Positions 17,991 through 27,028 of a stretch of DNA of 38,636 bases are shown here, piece after piece. How positions within the stretch are numbered: position 1 is the stretch's first letter; every line of letters starts with the position of its first letter. The notes beneath the pieces were generated by a model that made no database searches, was not told the DNA's origin, and saw only the letters and a list, made by a program, of their open reading frames with translations. This DNA comes from Candidatus Sumerlaeales bacterium (lineage in GTDB: Bacteria; Sumerlaeota; Sumerlaeia; Sumerlaeales; Sumerlaeaceae), in contig JBBSQY010000031.1 in the NCBI GenBank assembly GCA_038243585.1, positions 1 through 38,636 on the forward strand. The letters are read 5' to 3'. The translations under genes were made by a program, and so were the position numbers.

Positions 17991-19121
17991 ATGAAAAAGC
18001 AGCCGAAACCGCAAGCCAGCCGTACCCCCGTCCGCAGAGCAAAAAACACCCCTGAACTCGACACCCAGTCTGCCATCTGGCCGCCCCCGGACATTGACCC
18101 GACAGACACCCGCGCCCTGACCGCCGCCCTTCCCTGGAACCAGCCCTCCGAGATGGTGCCTGTTCCTTTTCAGACATTAGAGTCCGACGACGAAGACGAC
18201 GATGGCCTGACCCCGGAGCAGCGCCGCGAACAATGGATGCGCACAGCTTCACCCGAAGAGATAGAATGGCTCAGTTGCCGCGACCTCCAATCAAAATGCA
18301 CCGAATACAGTAGAAACAAACACCTTGGCAGCTACCAGCACACCATGTCCCGAACCCACCCCCGCGACACCACCGCCGGCATATACGTCGGTGCAGGCGA
18401 AGCTTTCCATAACGCCGTAGCCAAAGCCTGCGATAAAGGCCAGACCCCCGACAACAACGCCATAGAAATACTTCTTAAAGCTCAGCCATACCGAAAAGCT
18501 ATCGCTATCGCCCCGAACCGCCAGCAACCCGTACCCACTTTCGGTCCCATGCAGCTACCCCAATCCCGCGACCCCGTCGCAGGCATGGATACGAAAATTT
18601 CAACCGAAACCGAAATTGAACCTCGCCCGACCCATTGGACCCCCGAAACCCCTGCCTCGCACATTATCTCCGGGGCAATTCACGACTTTGGCAACTACCT
18701 CTCAACCCTTATCGCCCGCCAAGTCGTTGCCATAGGTTTCATGGCAGACACAGAAGCCATCGCAAATGCCCGAAGCCTAGCCCGGACCCTGAAGGATTTT
18801 CAACATATCACCCACACCCAGGAAGAACGCAGCGCTCAGAAAGCACGGAAAACAAGTCCAGGACGCCCTTCCAAATCCACCCTGATCGATCCCGAAAAAG
18901 CCATCAGTCTCCGCCTCGAAATCGTGGAACGAAACAAAAAATACCAAAACAAAAAATACAAGGCCATAACCTTAACAGAATCAACGCCGGAGGCCGAAAT
19001 AAATACCGAGTCTCCCACCCCTGAAGATTCTCGCCCAAACGCTTTGAAATCAGCCATAAAGGCCGAAATAAATACCAGCGGAGCAGAAAACGCTGCAATT
19101 GACAACGCTGCCGCAACTTAA
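17991..19121 (+). CDS. Hypothetical protein (Pro/Thr-rich, partly disordered)
   Basis: AGGAG SD before ATG 17991; 376-codon open frame; no family motif recognised. Confidence 0.65.
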   Translation: MKKQPKPQASRTPVRRAKNTPELDTQSAIWPPPDIDPTDTRALTAALPWNQPSEMVPVPFQTLESDDEDDDGLTPEQRREQWMRTASPEEIEWLSCRDLQSKCTEYSRNKHLGSYQHTMSRTHPRDTTAGIYVGAGEAFHNAVAKACDKGQTPDNNAIEILLKAQPYRKAIAIAPNRQQPVPTFGPMQLPQSRDPVAGMDTKISTETEIEPRPTHWTPETPASHIISGAIHDFGNYLSTLIARQVVAIGFMADTEAIANARSLARTLKDFQHITHTQEERSAQKARKTSPGRPSKSTLIDPEKAISLRLEIVERNKKYQNKKYKAITLTESTPEAEINTESPTPEDSRPNALKSAIKAEINTSGAENAAIDNAAAT

Positions 19122-19135
19122 TAAGAGGGGAGAAG

Positions 19136-19211
19136 TGGAGCCGCTTGTCAGACTCGAACTGACGACCTACGCATTACAAGTGCGTTGCTCTACCAACTGA
19201 GCTAAAGCGGC
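19136..19211 (-). tRNA. tRNA-Thr (TGT), CCA encoded
   Basis: Reverse complement is GCCGCTTTAGCTCAGTTGGTAGAGCAACGCAC-T-TGT-AATGCGTAGGTCGTCAGTTCGAGTCTGACAAGCGGCTCCA; 76 nt cloverleaf. Confidence 0.97.
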
Positions 19212-19271
19212 GTGCGAATGCCCATTTAACGGAACTATCGAAAAAAATTCCAAATGCCGGACGGACAGAGG

Positions 19272-19277
19272 ATTATA
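19272..19277 (-). promoter_or_regulatory. Candidate sigma70 -10 box for tRNA-Thr
   Basis: Perfect TATAAT on the minus strand 60 nt upstream of the tRNA; -35 is only weak (TTAAAC at 18 bp). Confidence 0.35.
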
Positions 19278-19461
19278 CAGATTCTGACCGCCGGCGTTTA
19301 AACGGGCGGGGAATTGCCTTAAAAACAAAAAGGGGCTTTTTGCGCTGTGATCCGTCTAAAGTGCTTGCGCCGTTGTCACAGCCCTATTAACCAGAAGTGC
19401 AGAGTTTGGAAGTTGCTGTTTTTTAAGCAAACTCTGATTGAGTGAGGATAGTTTTAGTACA

Positions 19462-21510
19462 ATGATGAGCCCGTTGAAGCTTTCAGTGATAGTATGTGGC
19501 GCCGCTGCCGGATTGGCGGTCGCTCCATATGTTGTAAAGCAGATCCTGCCGCCGGTTGGTTCTGCAGAGGTTACTTCTAATGCGCCCGAAGCGGGGGATG
19601 AGTCCCCCGTAAAGCTTGATCTTCCGGTTGCCGGACCCAATAATTCCACCGAAGCTATTCCATCTCTTGCCCTGGCTGCCCCAATTAAGCAGGAACCACC
19701 CGCGCGCCCGGAACTTCACCTTGCAGCGCCAGCCCTGCCGGTACCAGCCCCAGTTAAGGCGTCGGAGTCGGCGGTTGAGTTAACCTTGCCGTCCCTCACC
19801 AGCCCAAAACTTGCTTCGACCATGCCCTCTCCATCTTTTACCCCTGCACCGCCACCGCGACCGTCGCCAACTCCGGAAATGCCTTATCGTGGCGATGTGG
19901 AAACCGCTCAAAAGCTAATGCGCGACCTGGGCTTGAACACTGGCAAAATTGATGGTAAGCTGGGACCGAACACTAAAGCCGCTCTGGCTAACTATCAGGC
20001 GAAAGAGGGCCTGACTCCGTCCGGTGATGTAACGCAGGAACTGCTAACCCGCATGAAAAATGCTGTCGCAGCTCTGCCTGCGCCAACTCCGGCGCCAGAG
20101 CCCAAAGTAATTATTACTGACTCTGAAAATGCAAAACCTGCTGAAAAAGTGGCTTCTCTCTCCGACGCCGACGAACCGGATGCGGTTGTAGTTCGGAAAA
20201 CGGAACAGGCAAAAGCAGACCAGAAAGTGAAAATCGAGTCCGCGAAGCCTAAAGTTAATCCCGGTCCCGTACCAACCCTCCAAAACAAAATTGATGTTAA
20301 AAAGCTCCAGGAGCAGTTGAAACAAGCCGGGACGTATGCCGGAGACGTTGATGGGAAATGGGGCGATCTTACTCGCTCTGCGATGCGGGATTTTCAGGGC
20401 AAAGCCGGCATTGAAGTGACAGGAAAACCTAATAAGGAAACTTGGCTGGCAATGCATTCCGGTATTGTAGCTCCAACCGGAGAGTCTGTCGAATCTGAGA
20501 AATCCTCCACGAGCAACGCGGTGGCATCTGCCGACAATATGCAGATTTCCGGCGTCGATTCCGAAATTGCCGCGTCCGGTCTGGTTGAGGAAGAAACCGT
20601 AGTTAACGTCAATGGCGACGGGGTATCAGATCCTGGCAATGCTAAACCTATTCCGACACCGTCCAGCGTTTCAGACTTAACGCGAAAAGTGGAAAAACAG
20701 GACAAAGCGACTGAGGTCGCCGCGGCCGGGAGTGACCGTGAATCACCGGCAGTAAAAGTTTCGTCGCCGCAACGTAATGCGGAAAAAGTTGATAAAGAAT
20801 TTGCCGAGTTGGAAGAGCCAAATGATTTGGCGGTGGCAGAAGTCGATCGTGAAGATCAGATGGAGAAACTGCGCAAAGAAATCGAAGATAAGCGCGCCCA
20901 GATATTGTCCGTTGGCAACGATTCCACGTATGAAGTGAAAAAATACGCGCCGAAAATGCTGGAAACCGTAAACAATATGGTCGATAATCTTAAAATTGAA
21001 TCTGTCAGCAACGATCCAGTGGAAGCGCGTTTGCGTCTAGACAAAATTGACGAAGAACTGGAAAAAGCCAAGCGGGAATCCATGAAAAAGAAGGCTGGAG
21101 ACATGGTCGCCGAGGTGCGGGAGTCTTACGATCAGTTAAAAGCCCATTTCCCCGAGCGCATTAAGAGCCTTTCCCTTAAAAACGATGAGGAGAAAACACG
21201 TCGCGAAGAGCTGACGGAGCTTGTTGCCCGCTGCGACGTAGGTTTCGAGGCCATGGAAAAAGATTTTAAGAATGGCAAATACGATCCTATTTTCGACAAC
21301 GGCGTTAAGTTTCGCGCAACAATCGACGACATAAGCACGGACGTAGCTGAAGTTTACGTAGAAAAAAAACTTGAGCAACGAGATGTAAAAAAGAAACTAA
21401 AGGAAGCTGATCTCAAAGAGATCAAGACACTTCAAAGCGATGAGAACCACGTAAAAGCTGCTGAAGTGCTCGAGCAAAGTGTATCGTCCGGATCAAAGAA
21501 AAAGAGCTGA
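19462..21510 (+). CDS. Membrane-anchored protein with two peptidoglycan-binding (PG_binding_1-like) domains and a C-terminal coiled coil
   Basis: N-terminal TM; Pro-rich linker; domains AQKLMRDLGL..GKIDGKLGPNTKAALANYQAKEGL and LQEQLKQAG...GDVDGKWGDLTRSAMRDFQ; charged helical tail. Confidence 0.8.
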   Translation: MMSPLKLSVIVCGAAAGLAVAPYVVKQILPPVGSAEVTSNAPEAGDESPVKLDLPVAGPNNSTEAIPSLALAAPIKQEPPARPELHLAAPALPVPAPVKASESAVELTLPSLTSPKLASTMPSPSFTPAPPPRPSPTPEMPYRGDVETAQKLMRDLGLNTGKIDGKLGPNTKAALANYQAKEGLTPSGDVTQELLTRMKNAVAALPAPTPAPEPKVIITDSENAKPAEKVASLSDADEPDAVVVRKTEQAKADQKVKIESAKPKVNPGPVPTLQNKIDVKKLQEQLKQAGTYAGDVDGKWGDLTRSAMRDFQGKAGIEVTGKPNKETWLAMHSGIVAPTGESVESEKSSTSNAVASADNMQISGVDSEIAASGLVEEETVVNVNGDGVSDPGNAKPIPTPSSVSDLTRKVEKQDKATEVAAAGSDRESPAVKVSSPQRNAEKVDKEFAELEEPNDLAVAEVDREDQMEKLRKEIEDKRAQILSVGNDSTYEVKKYAPKMLETVNNMVDNLKIESVSNDPVEARLRLDKIDEELEKAKRESMKKKAGDMVAEVRESYDQLKAHFPERIKSLSLKNDEEKTRREELTELVARCDVGFEAMEKDFKNGKYDPIFDNGVKFRATIDDISTDVAEVYVEKKLEQRDVKKKLKEADLKEIKTLQSDENHVKAAEVLEQSVSSGSKKKS

Positions 21511-21549
21511 TAAAATGCTAATCAGTTTCTTGGATGCTAAGCCACCAGA

Positions 21550-23016
21550 ATGACGAACATGCAACCGCATGAGGTTATAAAATTTGCTGTCGAAAAAGGC
21601 TTTCTGCCTCAGTCCCAGGCTGATTTATTGACAGAAGAAATTTCTATGTTTCCTGGCAGCAACGTGTTGTCTATTATGATGCGCCGCGGATTGCTGACGG
21701 TAGAGCAAGCCAGAGAATTGGATAAGGAGCCGGTCAGAGAACTGACCCAAGCTCCCGAAAATCATGATAATAGTGACCATGACGATTTTGATGATCTCGA
21801 TTCTGCATTTATCACTCAGCCCGCCCCCCCTCCTCCCAGGCCGCTAGCCCCTGCTGTCAGGCCTGTTCGTTCAGTTTCGGACGCCCTTGGTGAAGCTCGA
21901 AATGCTTTACTTAAATCGGGTAACGTGCAATGCGCTGACCAGATTGTTCCAGATCCGTACCTTGAAAAACTGATCAGGATGGGCAGAGCGCGAGGGTGTT
22001 CGGATTTACACATAACTGTAGGAATGCCGCCCTATTTTCGTCTTCAGGGAATACTCGATATTGTTAGCGACGAACAACCTGTAACCGAGTCCCTGGCGCA
22101 GCGTCTGATCTATTCTGTACTTAACCCTGAGCAACGGGCTGAGTTTGAGAAACATCGGCAGGTAGATTTCTCCTTTGCGTGTGACCGCGCAGGCAGGTTC
22201 AGAGCCAATGTGTACCGTCAGCGCCTGGGTATGGAGGGAGCTTTTCGTTTTATATCTGAAACCGTTCCAACTCTTGCTGCTTTAAAACTTCCTGCCGTTT
22301 TGGAAAAACTAACAACCTACCCACAGGGTTTGAATCTAATAACAGGCCCCGGCGGCTGCGGTAAAACCTCCACCGTAGCCGCAATGCTGGAACATATTAA
22401 CTGTAATCGGCACGAGCATATTATCACAGTCGAAGACCCAGTTGAAATCGTTTTTCAGCCAAAAAGCTGTCAGATTACTCAGCGCGAGGTTGGCACGCAC
22501 ACGGAATCATTTGCTTCCGCGCTTAGAACAGCACTGCGGCAGGATCCAGACGTAATTATGATCGGTGAATTACGCGACTTGGAAACGACATCCATTTCCA
22601 TTACGGCTGCAGAAACTGGACATTTGGTTTTCGGCACCCTGCATACAGCAGGCGCAGCTCGCACAGTAGCGCGCGTTCTTGATGTTTACCCACCTGCTCA
22701 ACGATCGCAGATATGCATGATGGTCGCGGAGTCACTTCGCGGAATCGTCAGCCAGCAACTGGTCCCTCGACGCGACGGAAAAGGCCGAGTCTGCGCAATG
22801 GAAATTCTGCTGGTTACTACCGGTGTTTCCCAGATGATTAAAGAGGGTAAAACGCATCAGCTCGTCTCTCATATGCAGGCCGGTCGTAAGCTTGGTATGA
22901 TGTCGTTGGACGACGCGTTAATGGATCTTTTTAAAGAGGGCATTATATCCGGAAATGTGGCGTGGTCTTATGCGGAAAATAAAAGCATTTTTGATTCACT
23001 AAGGGCCCAATCATGA
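21550..23016 (+). CDS. pilT: PilT/PilU-family type IV pilus retraction ATPase with N-terminal extension
   Basis: SDLHIT, GPGGCGKT, ITVEDPVE, LRQDPDVIMIGELRD and AAETGHLVFGTLHT; about 130 extra N-terminal residues. Confidence 0.88.
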   Translation: MTNMQPHEVIKFAVEKGFLPQSQADLLTEEISMFPGSNVLSIMMRRGLLTVEQARELDKEPVRELTQAPENHDNSDHDDFDDLDSAFITQPAPPPPRPLAPAVRPVRSVSDALGEARNALLKSGNVQCADQIVPDPYLEKLIRMGRARGCSDLHITVGMPPYFRLQGILDIVSDEQPVTESLAQRLIYSVLNPEQRAEFEKHRQVDFSFACDRAGRFRANVYRQRLGMEGAFRFISETVPTLAALKLPAVLEKLTTYPQGLNLITGPGGCGKTSTVAAMLEHINCNRHEHIITVEDPVEIVFQPKSCQITQREVGTHTESFASALRTALRQDPDVIMIGELRDLETTSISITAAETGHLVFGTLHTAGAARTVARVLDVYPPAQRSQICMMVAESLRGIVSQQLVPRRDGKGRVCAMEILLVTTGVSQMIKEGKTHQLVSHMQAGRKLGMMSLDDALMDLFKEGIISGNVAWSYAENKSIFDSLRAQS

Positions 23017-24077
23017 GTCCAGCCCGGAGGGTAGACCCTCTTTTTGACCGTATGCTGAGTCTCGGCGCGTCGGATTTGCATCTTCACCAGGCTGAAACTC
23101 CGAAGGTGCGGGTGCATGGCACAATGAAATCCCTTACCGAATTTACCCCCCTGAACGCGGGTGAGATGGTGGCGCTCATGAAGGAACTGTGCGTCAACCG
23201 ATGGGCGGAATTTGATAAAGGAAACGATTTGGATTTTGCCTGCGATTTTGGCGATAAGGCGAGATTCCGTGCTAACTTTAAAAAGCATTACGGCGGCTAC
23301 GGCGCCGTGTTTCGGGTTATTCCGAGCCACGTTCTAACATTGGAAGAGCTCAACGCGCCGCCAATTTTAAAAGAATTTGCAGAATATCGATCAGGCCTGT
23401 GCCTCATGACCGGTCCGACCGGAAGCGGCAAGTCCACTACATTGGCAGCAATCATTGACCACATTAACTCCACGCAGCGACGAACAATCCTTACTATCGA
23501 GGAGCCCGTGGAGTTTGTGCACAAGTCGAGAGAGTCTGTTATTATCCAGCGGGAGATTGGCACTGATGTTTGCGAGTTTAGCGATGGTTTGCGGGGAGCC
23601 CTTCGTCAAGATGTCGAAGTAGTTCTTGTAGGCGAAATGCGCGATCTTGAAACTATCCGTCTCGCTGTCACCGCTGCTGAAACCGGTCTGTTGGTATTTG
23701 GGACTTTGCACACAAACAACGCAATCAAGACTATTGACCGCATTATTGACGTGTTCCCCCCTGATGAGCAGTCAGCGGTGCGGGAGAGCCTTGCAATGGC
23801 ATTACGGGCGGTGTGCGCTCAACAGCTCCTGCCTACAGCGGACGGTAAAAGCCGTGTCGCTGTTCACGAAATTCTAATACAGAATCGGGCAGTATCAAAC
23901 CTGATCAGAGAAGGAAAAACAAATCAGATCGCGCAGGCCATGATGTCCGGCAAGGCTCAGGGAATGCAGCTCCTCGACGATGGACTCGAGACCTTGGTGC
24001 GGAATAAAGTCATCACCGGCCAACAGGCATGGATGAAAGCTTCAGATAAGGAGCGGTTTCAGGAATGGCAGGTCTGA
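23013..24077 (+). CDS. pilT: Type IV pilus retraction ATPase PilT
   Basis: ASDLHL, GPTGSGKSTTLAA, TIEEPVE, VGEMRDLET and AVSNLIRE (AIRNLIRE-like). Confidence 0.92.
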   Translation: MSPARRVDPLFDRMLSLGASDLHLHQAETPKVRVHGTMKSLTEFTPLNAGEMVALMKELCVNRWAEFDKGNDLDFACDFGDKARFRANFKKHYGGYGAVFRVIPSHVLTLEELNAPPILKEFAEYRSGLCLMTGPTGSGKSTTLAAIIDHINSTQRRTILTIEEPVEFVHKSRESVIIQREIGTDVCEFSDGLRGALRQDVEVVLVGEMRDLETIRLAVTAAETGLLVFGTLHTNNAIKTIDRIIDVFPPDEQSAVRESLAMALRAVCAQQLLPTADGKSRVAVHEILIQNRAVSNLIREGKTNQIAQAMMSGKAQGMQLLDDGLETLVRNKVITGQQAWMKASDKERFQEWQV

Positions 24078-25189
24078 GCGCCTACTACCTTGTCAATTGA
24101 TGGTCGTCTCACCTGATCGGTATCGTCGTAAAAGAAGTTTCTACGGCGAGAAGTAAAACCGGCGTCAACTATCAAGCGCTCAATTTCTGCAGCATCGAGG
24201 GCAAATACCGTCCCAGCGGCGCTTACCACGTTTTCTTCCATCATTGTGCTGCCCATATCATTGCATCCATAAAAAAGTGATACCTGTCCCACTTTACCAC
24301 CCTGAGTGACCCAGGATGATTGGATGTTGTCTATGTTGTCTAGATAAAGCCGGGCAACGGCAGTCATTTTTAGGTATTCAAAACTGTCAACGGTGTCACA
24401 CTGAAGTCTTAACTCCGGTGACTGTTGGTAGGTCCAGTTGATAAAAGCGGTAAATACGCCGGTTTCATCCTGAACCTCCCGAATACGGCGGAGGTGTTCC
24501 ACCCGCTCCTCCAGAGTTTCGACGTGTCCAAACATCATAGTCGCGGTCCCCCGCATTCCAACGGACGCAGCCGCTCGCATTACCTGGAGCCATTCCTCAG
24601 TAAGGCATTTATTTTTAGTAATAGCCGTACGCACCCGATCAACCAGGATCTCCCCGCCCCCGCCGGGCACGCTGTCAAGGCCCGCGGCATAAAGGCGACC
24701 GAGAACTTTCTCTACTGGCATTTTGTTAATTTGGGAGAACCAATGAATCTCAGGAGGAGAAAACGCATGGAGATGAATACTAAACTTCGTTTTAATATGC
24801 GAAAGCATCTGTTCATACCATTCAAGTTTGAACTTTGGATGCAGGCCACCCTGAAGAAGAATCTGTGCGCCCCCGGCGGCAATTAGCTCTTCGATTTTCT
24901 GATCGATTGTGTCCTGATGCAGGACGTAAGCTTTATCCTCGTCCCACTGTTTCGCATAAAACCCACAAAAGTCACAATCTGCTGCGCAGATGTTGGTGTA
25001 GTTGATATTTCGCTCCACGATGTAGCTTACGACATTTCTGGGATGCTTTTCCATACGGACCGCATGGGCGGCTGCCCCCAACGCTGTGAGGTTGTGGGAC
25101 TGGAGGAGAGACAGGCAGTCACTATCGCTTAGCCGCTGGCCGGCGACGGTTTTTTGTAAAATTTGTGGAACTGTAGGAAGGCTGGTCAT
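24059..25189 (-). CDS. mqnC: Cyclic dehypoxanthinyl futalosine synthase (radical SAM)
   Basis: ERNINYTNICAADCDFCGF, ILLQGGLHP, HAFSPPEI, PGGGGEIL, TATMMFGH, NIQSSWVTQG and GSTMMEENVVSAAG. Confidence 0.9.
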   Translation of the reverse strand: MTSLPTVPQILQKTVAGQRLSDSDCLSLLQSHNLTALGAAAHAVRMEKHPRNVVSYIVERNINYTNICAADCDFCGFYAKQWDEDKAYVLHQDTIDQKIEELIAAGGAQILLQGGLHPKFKLEWYEQMLSHIKTKFSIHLHAFSPPEIHWFSQINKMPVEKVLGRLYAAGLDSVPGGGGEILVDRVRTAITKNKCLTEEWLQVMRAAASVGMRGTATMMFGHVETLEERVEHLRRIREVQDETGVFTAFINWTYQQSPELRLQCDTVDSFEYLKMTAVARLYLDNIDNIQSSWVTQGGKVGQVSLFYGCNDMGSTMMEENVVSAAGTVFALDAAEIERLIVDAGFTSRRRNFFYDDTDQVRRPSIDKVVGAQTCHS

Positions 25190-25342
25190 ATTGCATAAAA
25201 TTTACGGTCTGTATTTTTCTCCATTCAATTACCGATGCAGTTTGTTAGGGAATAACTGCATCTTAGCGCGCTAAAACACAAAGTCGCGTCCGCGGCAATT
25301 GACAAACATCTTTCCTGGTTCCTTTCTGAAATTGTGACTTCA

Positions 25343-26167
25343 ATGACTGATACAAAATTAGATACGTCAGGACCTCTGGCGAGATTGACCGGCAGGCGTC
25401 CGGAACTGGCTCAATTGTCGGATGAAGAGCAGACGCTTCGAAGTGAAATTGACCTGGAAAAGCTACCGAGGCATATTGCCATCATAATGGACGGTAATGG
25501 ACGTTGGGCTCAGGAACGTGGGCATGATGATCGGATTCGCGGCCATGAAGCGGGCAGTGAAAGCGTGCGCTTCGCAGTGAGGGCGTGTGGAGAATTAGGA
25601 GTCGGTGCCCTCACCCTGTATGCATTTTCTGTAGAAAACTGGCTGCGTCCGAAAATTGAGGTTGCTGCGCTTATGGAACTGCTAAAGAATTTTCTTTTGC
25701 AGGAAGCGGATGAAATTAGGGATAATAACGTGAGGGTGGTAGTATCGGGCCGTGCGAATGATTTACCTGATTCCACCCGGCGAGTTCTAGATCAATCAAT
25801 AGAAGATAGCTCGGCCAACACCGGGCTTATTCTTAATCTGGCTCTTAGCTATGGTGGTCGTACAGAAATTCTAGATGCAGTTAAGCAGATAGCCAGAGAC
25901 GTTCAAGCGGGAGTTTTAAATCCGGAAACCCTTTGCGAAGAAGACATCGCGCTGAGGCTTTATCACCCCGAGATTCCTGACCCCGACCTTTTGATTCGGA
26001 CTAGTGGCGAAATGCGGGTGTCTAATTTTCTGCTTTGGGAAATCGCATATACGGAAATCTTTGTGAGCCAAGTCCTGTGGCCCGACTTTCGTCGAAAACA
26101 TCTGTTTGAAGCAATTCTAAATTATCAACGTCGCGAGCGAAGGTTCGGGAAAGTGATGGTAAATTGA
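25343..26167 (+). CDS. uppS: Undecaprenyl diphosphate synthase (isoprenyl transferase)
   Basis: HIAIIMDGNGRWA, YAFSVENW.RP, LSYGGR, PDLLIRTSGEMRVSNFLLW and RERRFG. Confidence 0.96.
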   Translation: MTDTKLDTSGPLARLTGRRPELAQLSDEEQTLRSEIDLEKLPRHIAIIMDGNGRWAQERGHDDRIRGHEAGSESVRFAVRACGELGVGALTLYAFSVENWLRPKIEVAALMELLKNFLLQEADEIRDNNVRVVVSGRANDLPDSTRRVLDQSIEDSSANTGLILNLALSYGGRTEILDAVKQIARDVQAGVLNPETLCEEDIALRLYHPEIPDPDLLIRTSGEMRVSNFLLWEIAYTEIFVSQVLWPDFRRKHLFEAILNYQRRERRFGKVMVN

Positions 26168-27003
26168 TGGGTAAGGCACAATCTCGGGGTCGCATCGCGC
26201 TTTTTATGATCGGTACCTTGCTGCTTTGTCTTCGATTTGATCTACTAAGGATTACTGTTCTGCCAGTCATTACCGCAGGGCTTGGGGTGATTGGTGCCCG
26301 GGAGCTGCACCGAATGGCGAGAAATGTTGGGGCAAATTACTCCTTAGCGCTAAGCGTGGTATTGGCCGGTGGAGTTGTGCTGTTAGGCGCTGCCGATTTA
26401 ACCCTTTACGGTCAACTACTGCCTGTTGCGTTGACTGGTGCTATGATTTTCATATTTACTATGCAGATGAGTAGGTTTGGAATTCCGGGGGCTCTAACAG
26501 GGATTTCAGCCAGTATATTGGCGCTCCTTTACGTAGCGGTGCCGTTGAGTTTGGCGTTGCAAATCTTGCAATTTGACAGGTTATTTCTGTTCTTTGCACT
26601 TGGGCTTATCTGGACTGCGGACTCTGGAGCGTATTTCGTAGGACGAGGATTTGGAAAAACAAAATTTGCGCCTACGCTCAGCCCAAAAAAAACCGTTGAG
26701 GGTCTACTGGGCGGGGTAGTCGCCTGTTGCGTCGTTGCGCTTCTGTTTATAATTATAGTTCCGGATGTATCGTTTAATTACCCAATGTCGCAAATCCTGC
26801 TATTAGCCGCGGTCATTGGAATCGCAGCGCCTGCGGGAGATTTGGCTGAGTCTGTATTAAAGCGCGATAGTGGCGTGAAGGATAGTGGGCATGGTCTCGG
26901 AGGTCACGGTGGTGTTTTGGACCGCATTGATTCAATGTTCTTCTGCATGCCTATCTACTACGGGTATTTGCGCTTCTTTGTGTGGCCATGGGTCGAATTA
27001 TGA
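26167..27003 (+). CDS. cdsA: Phosphatidate cytidylyltransferase
   Basis: DSGAYFVG, SPKKTVEG, GDLAESVLKR..GVKDSG and GHGGVLDRIDS; TGATG overlap with uppS. Confidence 0.95.
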   Translation: MGKAQSRGRIALFMIGTLLLCLRFDLLRITVLPVITAGLGVIGARELHRMARNVGANYSLALSVVLAGGVVLLGAADLTLYGQLLPVALTGAMIFIFTMQMSRFGIPGALTGISASILALLYVAVPLSLALQILQFDRLFLFFALGLIWTADSGAYFVGRGFGKTKFAPTLSPKKTVEGLLGGVVACCVVALLFIIIVPDVSFNYPMSQILLLAAVIGIAAPAGDLAESVLKRDSGVKDSGHGLGGHGGVLDRIDSMFFCMPIYYGYLRFFVWPWVEL

Positions 27004-27028
27004 GTATGACTACTTAGAAGGGGGGATA

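Noticed and set aside
17202..18014. Minus-strand ORFs across the repeat region, and the other short nested or antisense ORFs in the track
   Set aside because: Shadows of real genes or translations of repeats, with no SD or protein motifs.
10004..19135. Integrative island at the tRNA-Thr 3' end
   Set aside because: No integrase and no duplicated tRNA 3' end seen. The only match I noticed is ggagccgctt at 837-846, inside the cytochrome CDS, which is short enough to be chance.
24059..24077. Convergent 19-bp overlap of pilT and mqnC
   Set aside because: Short 3' overlaps are common and there is no sign of special function.
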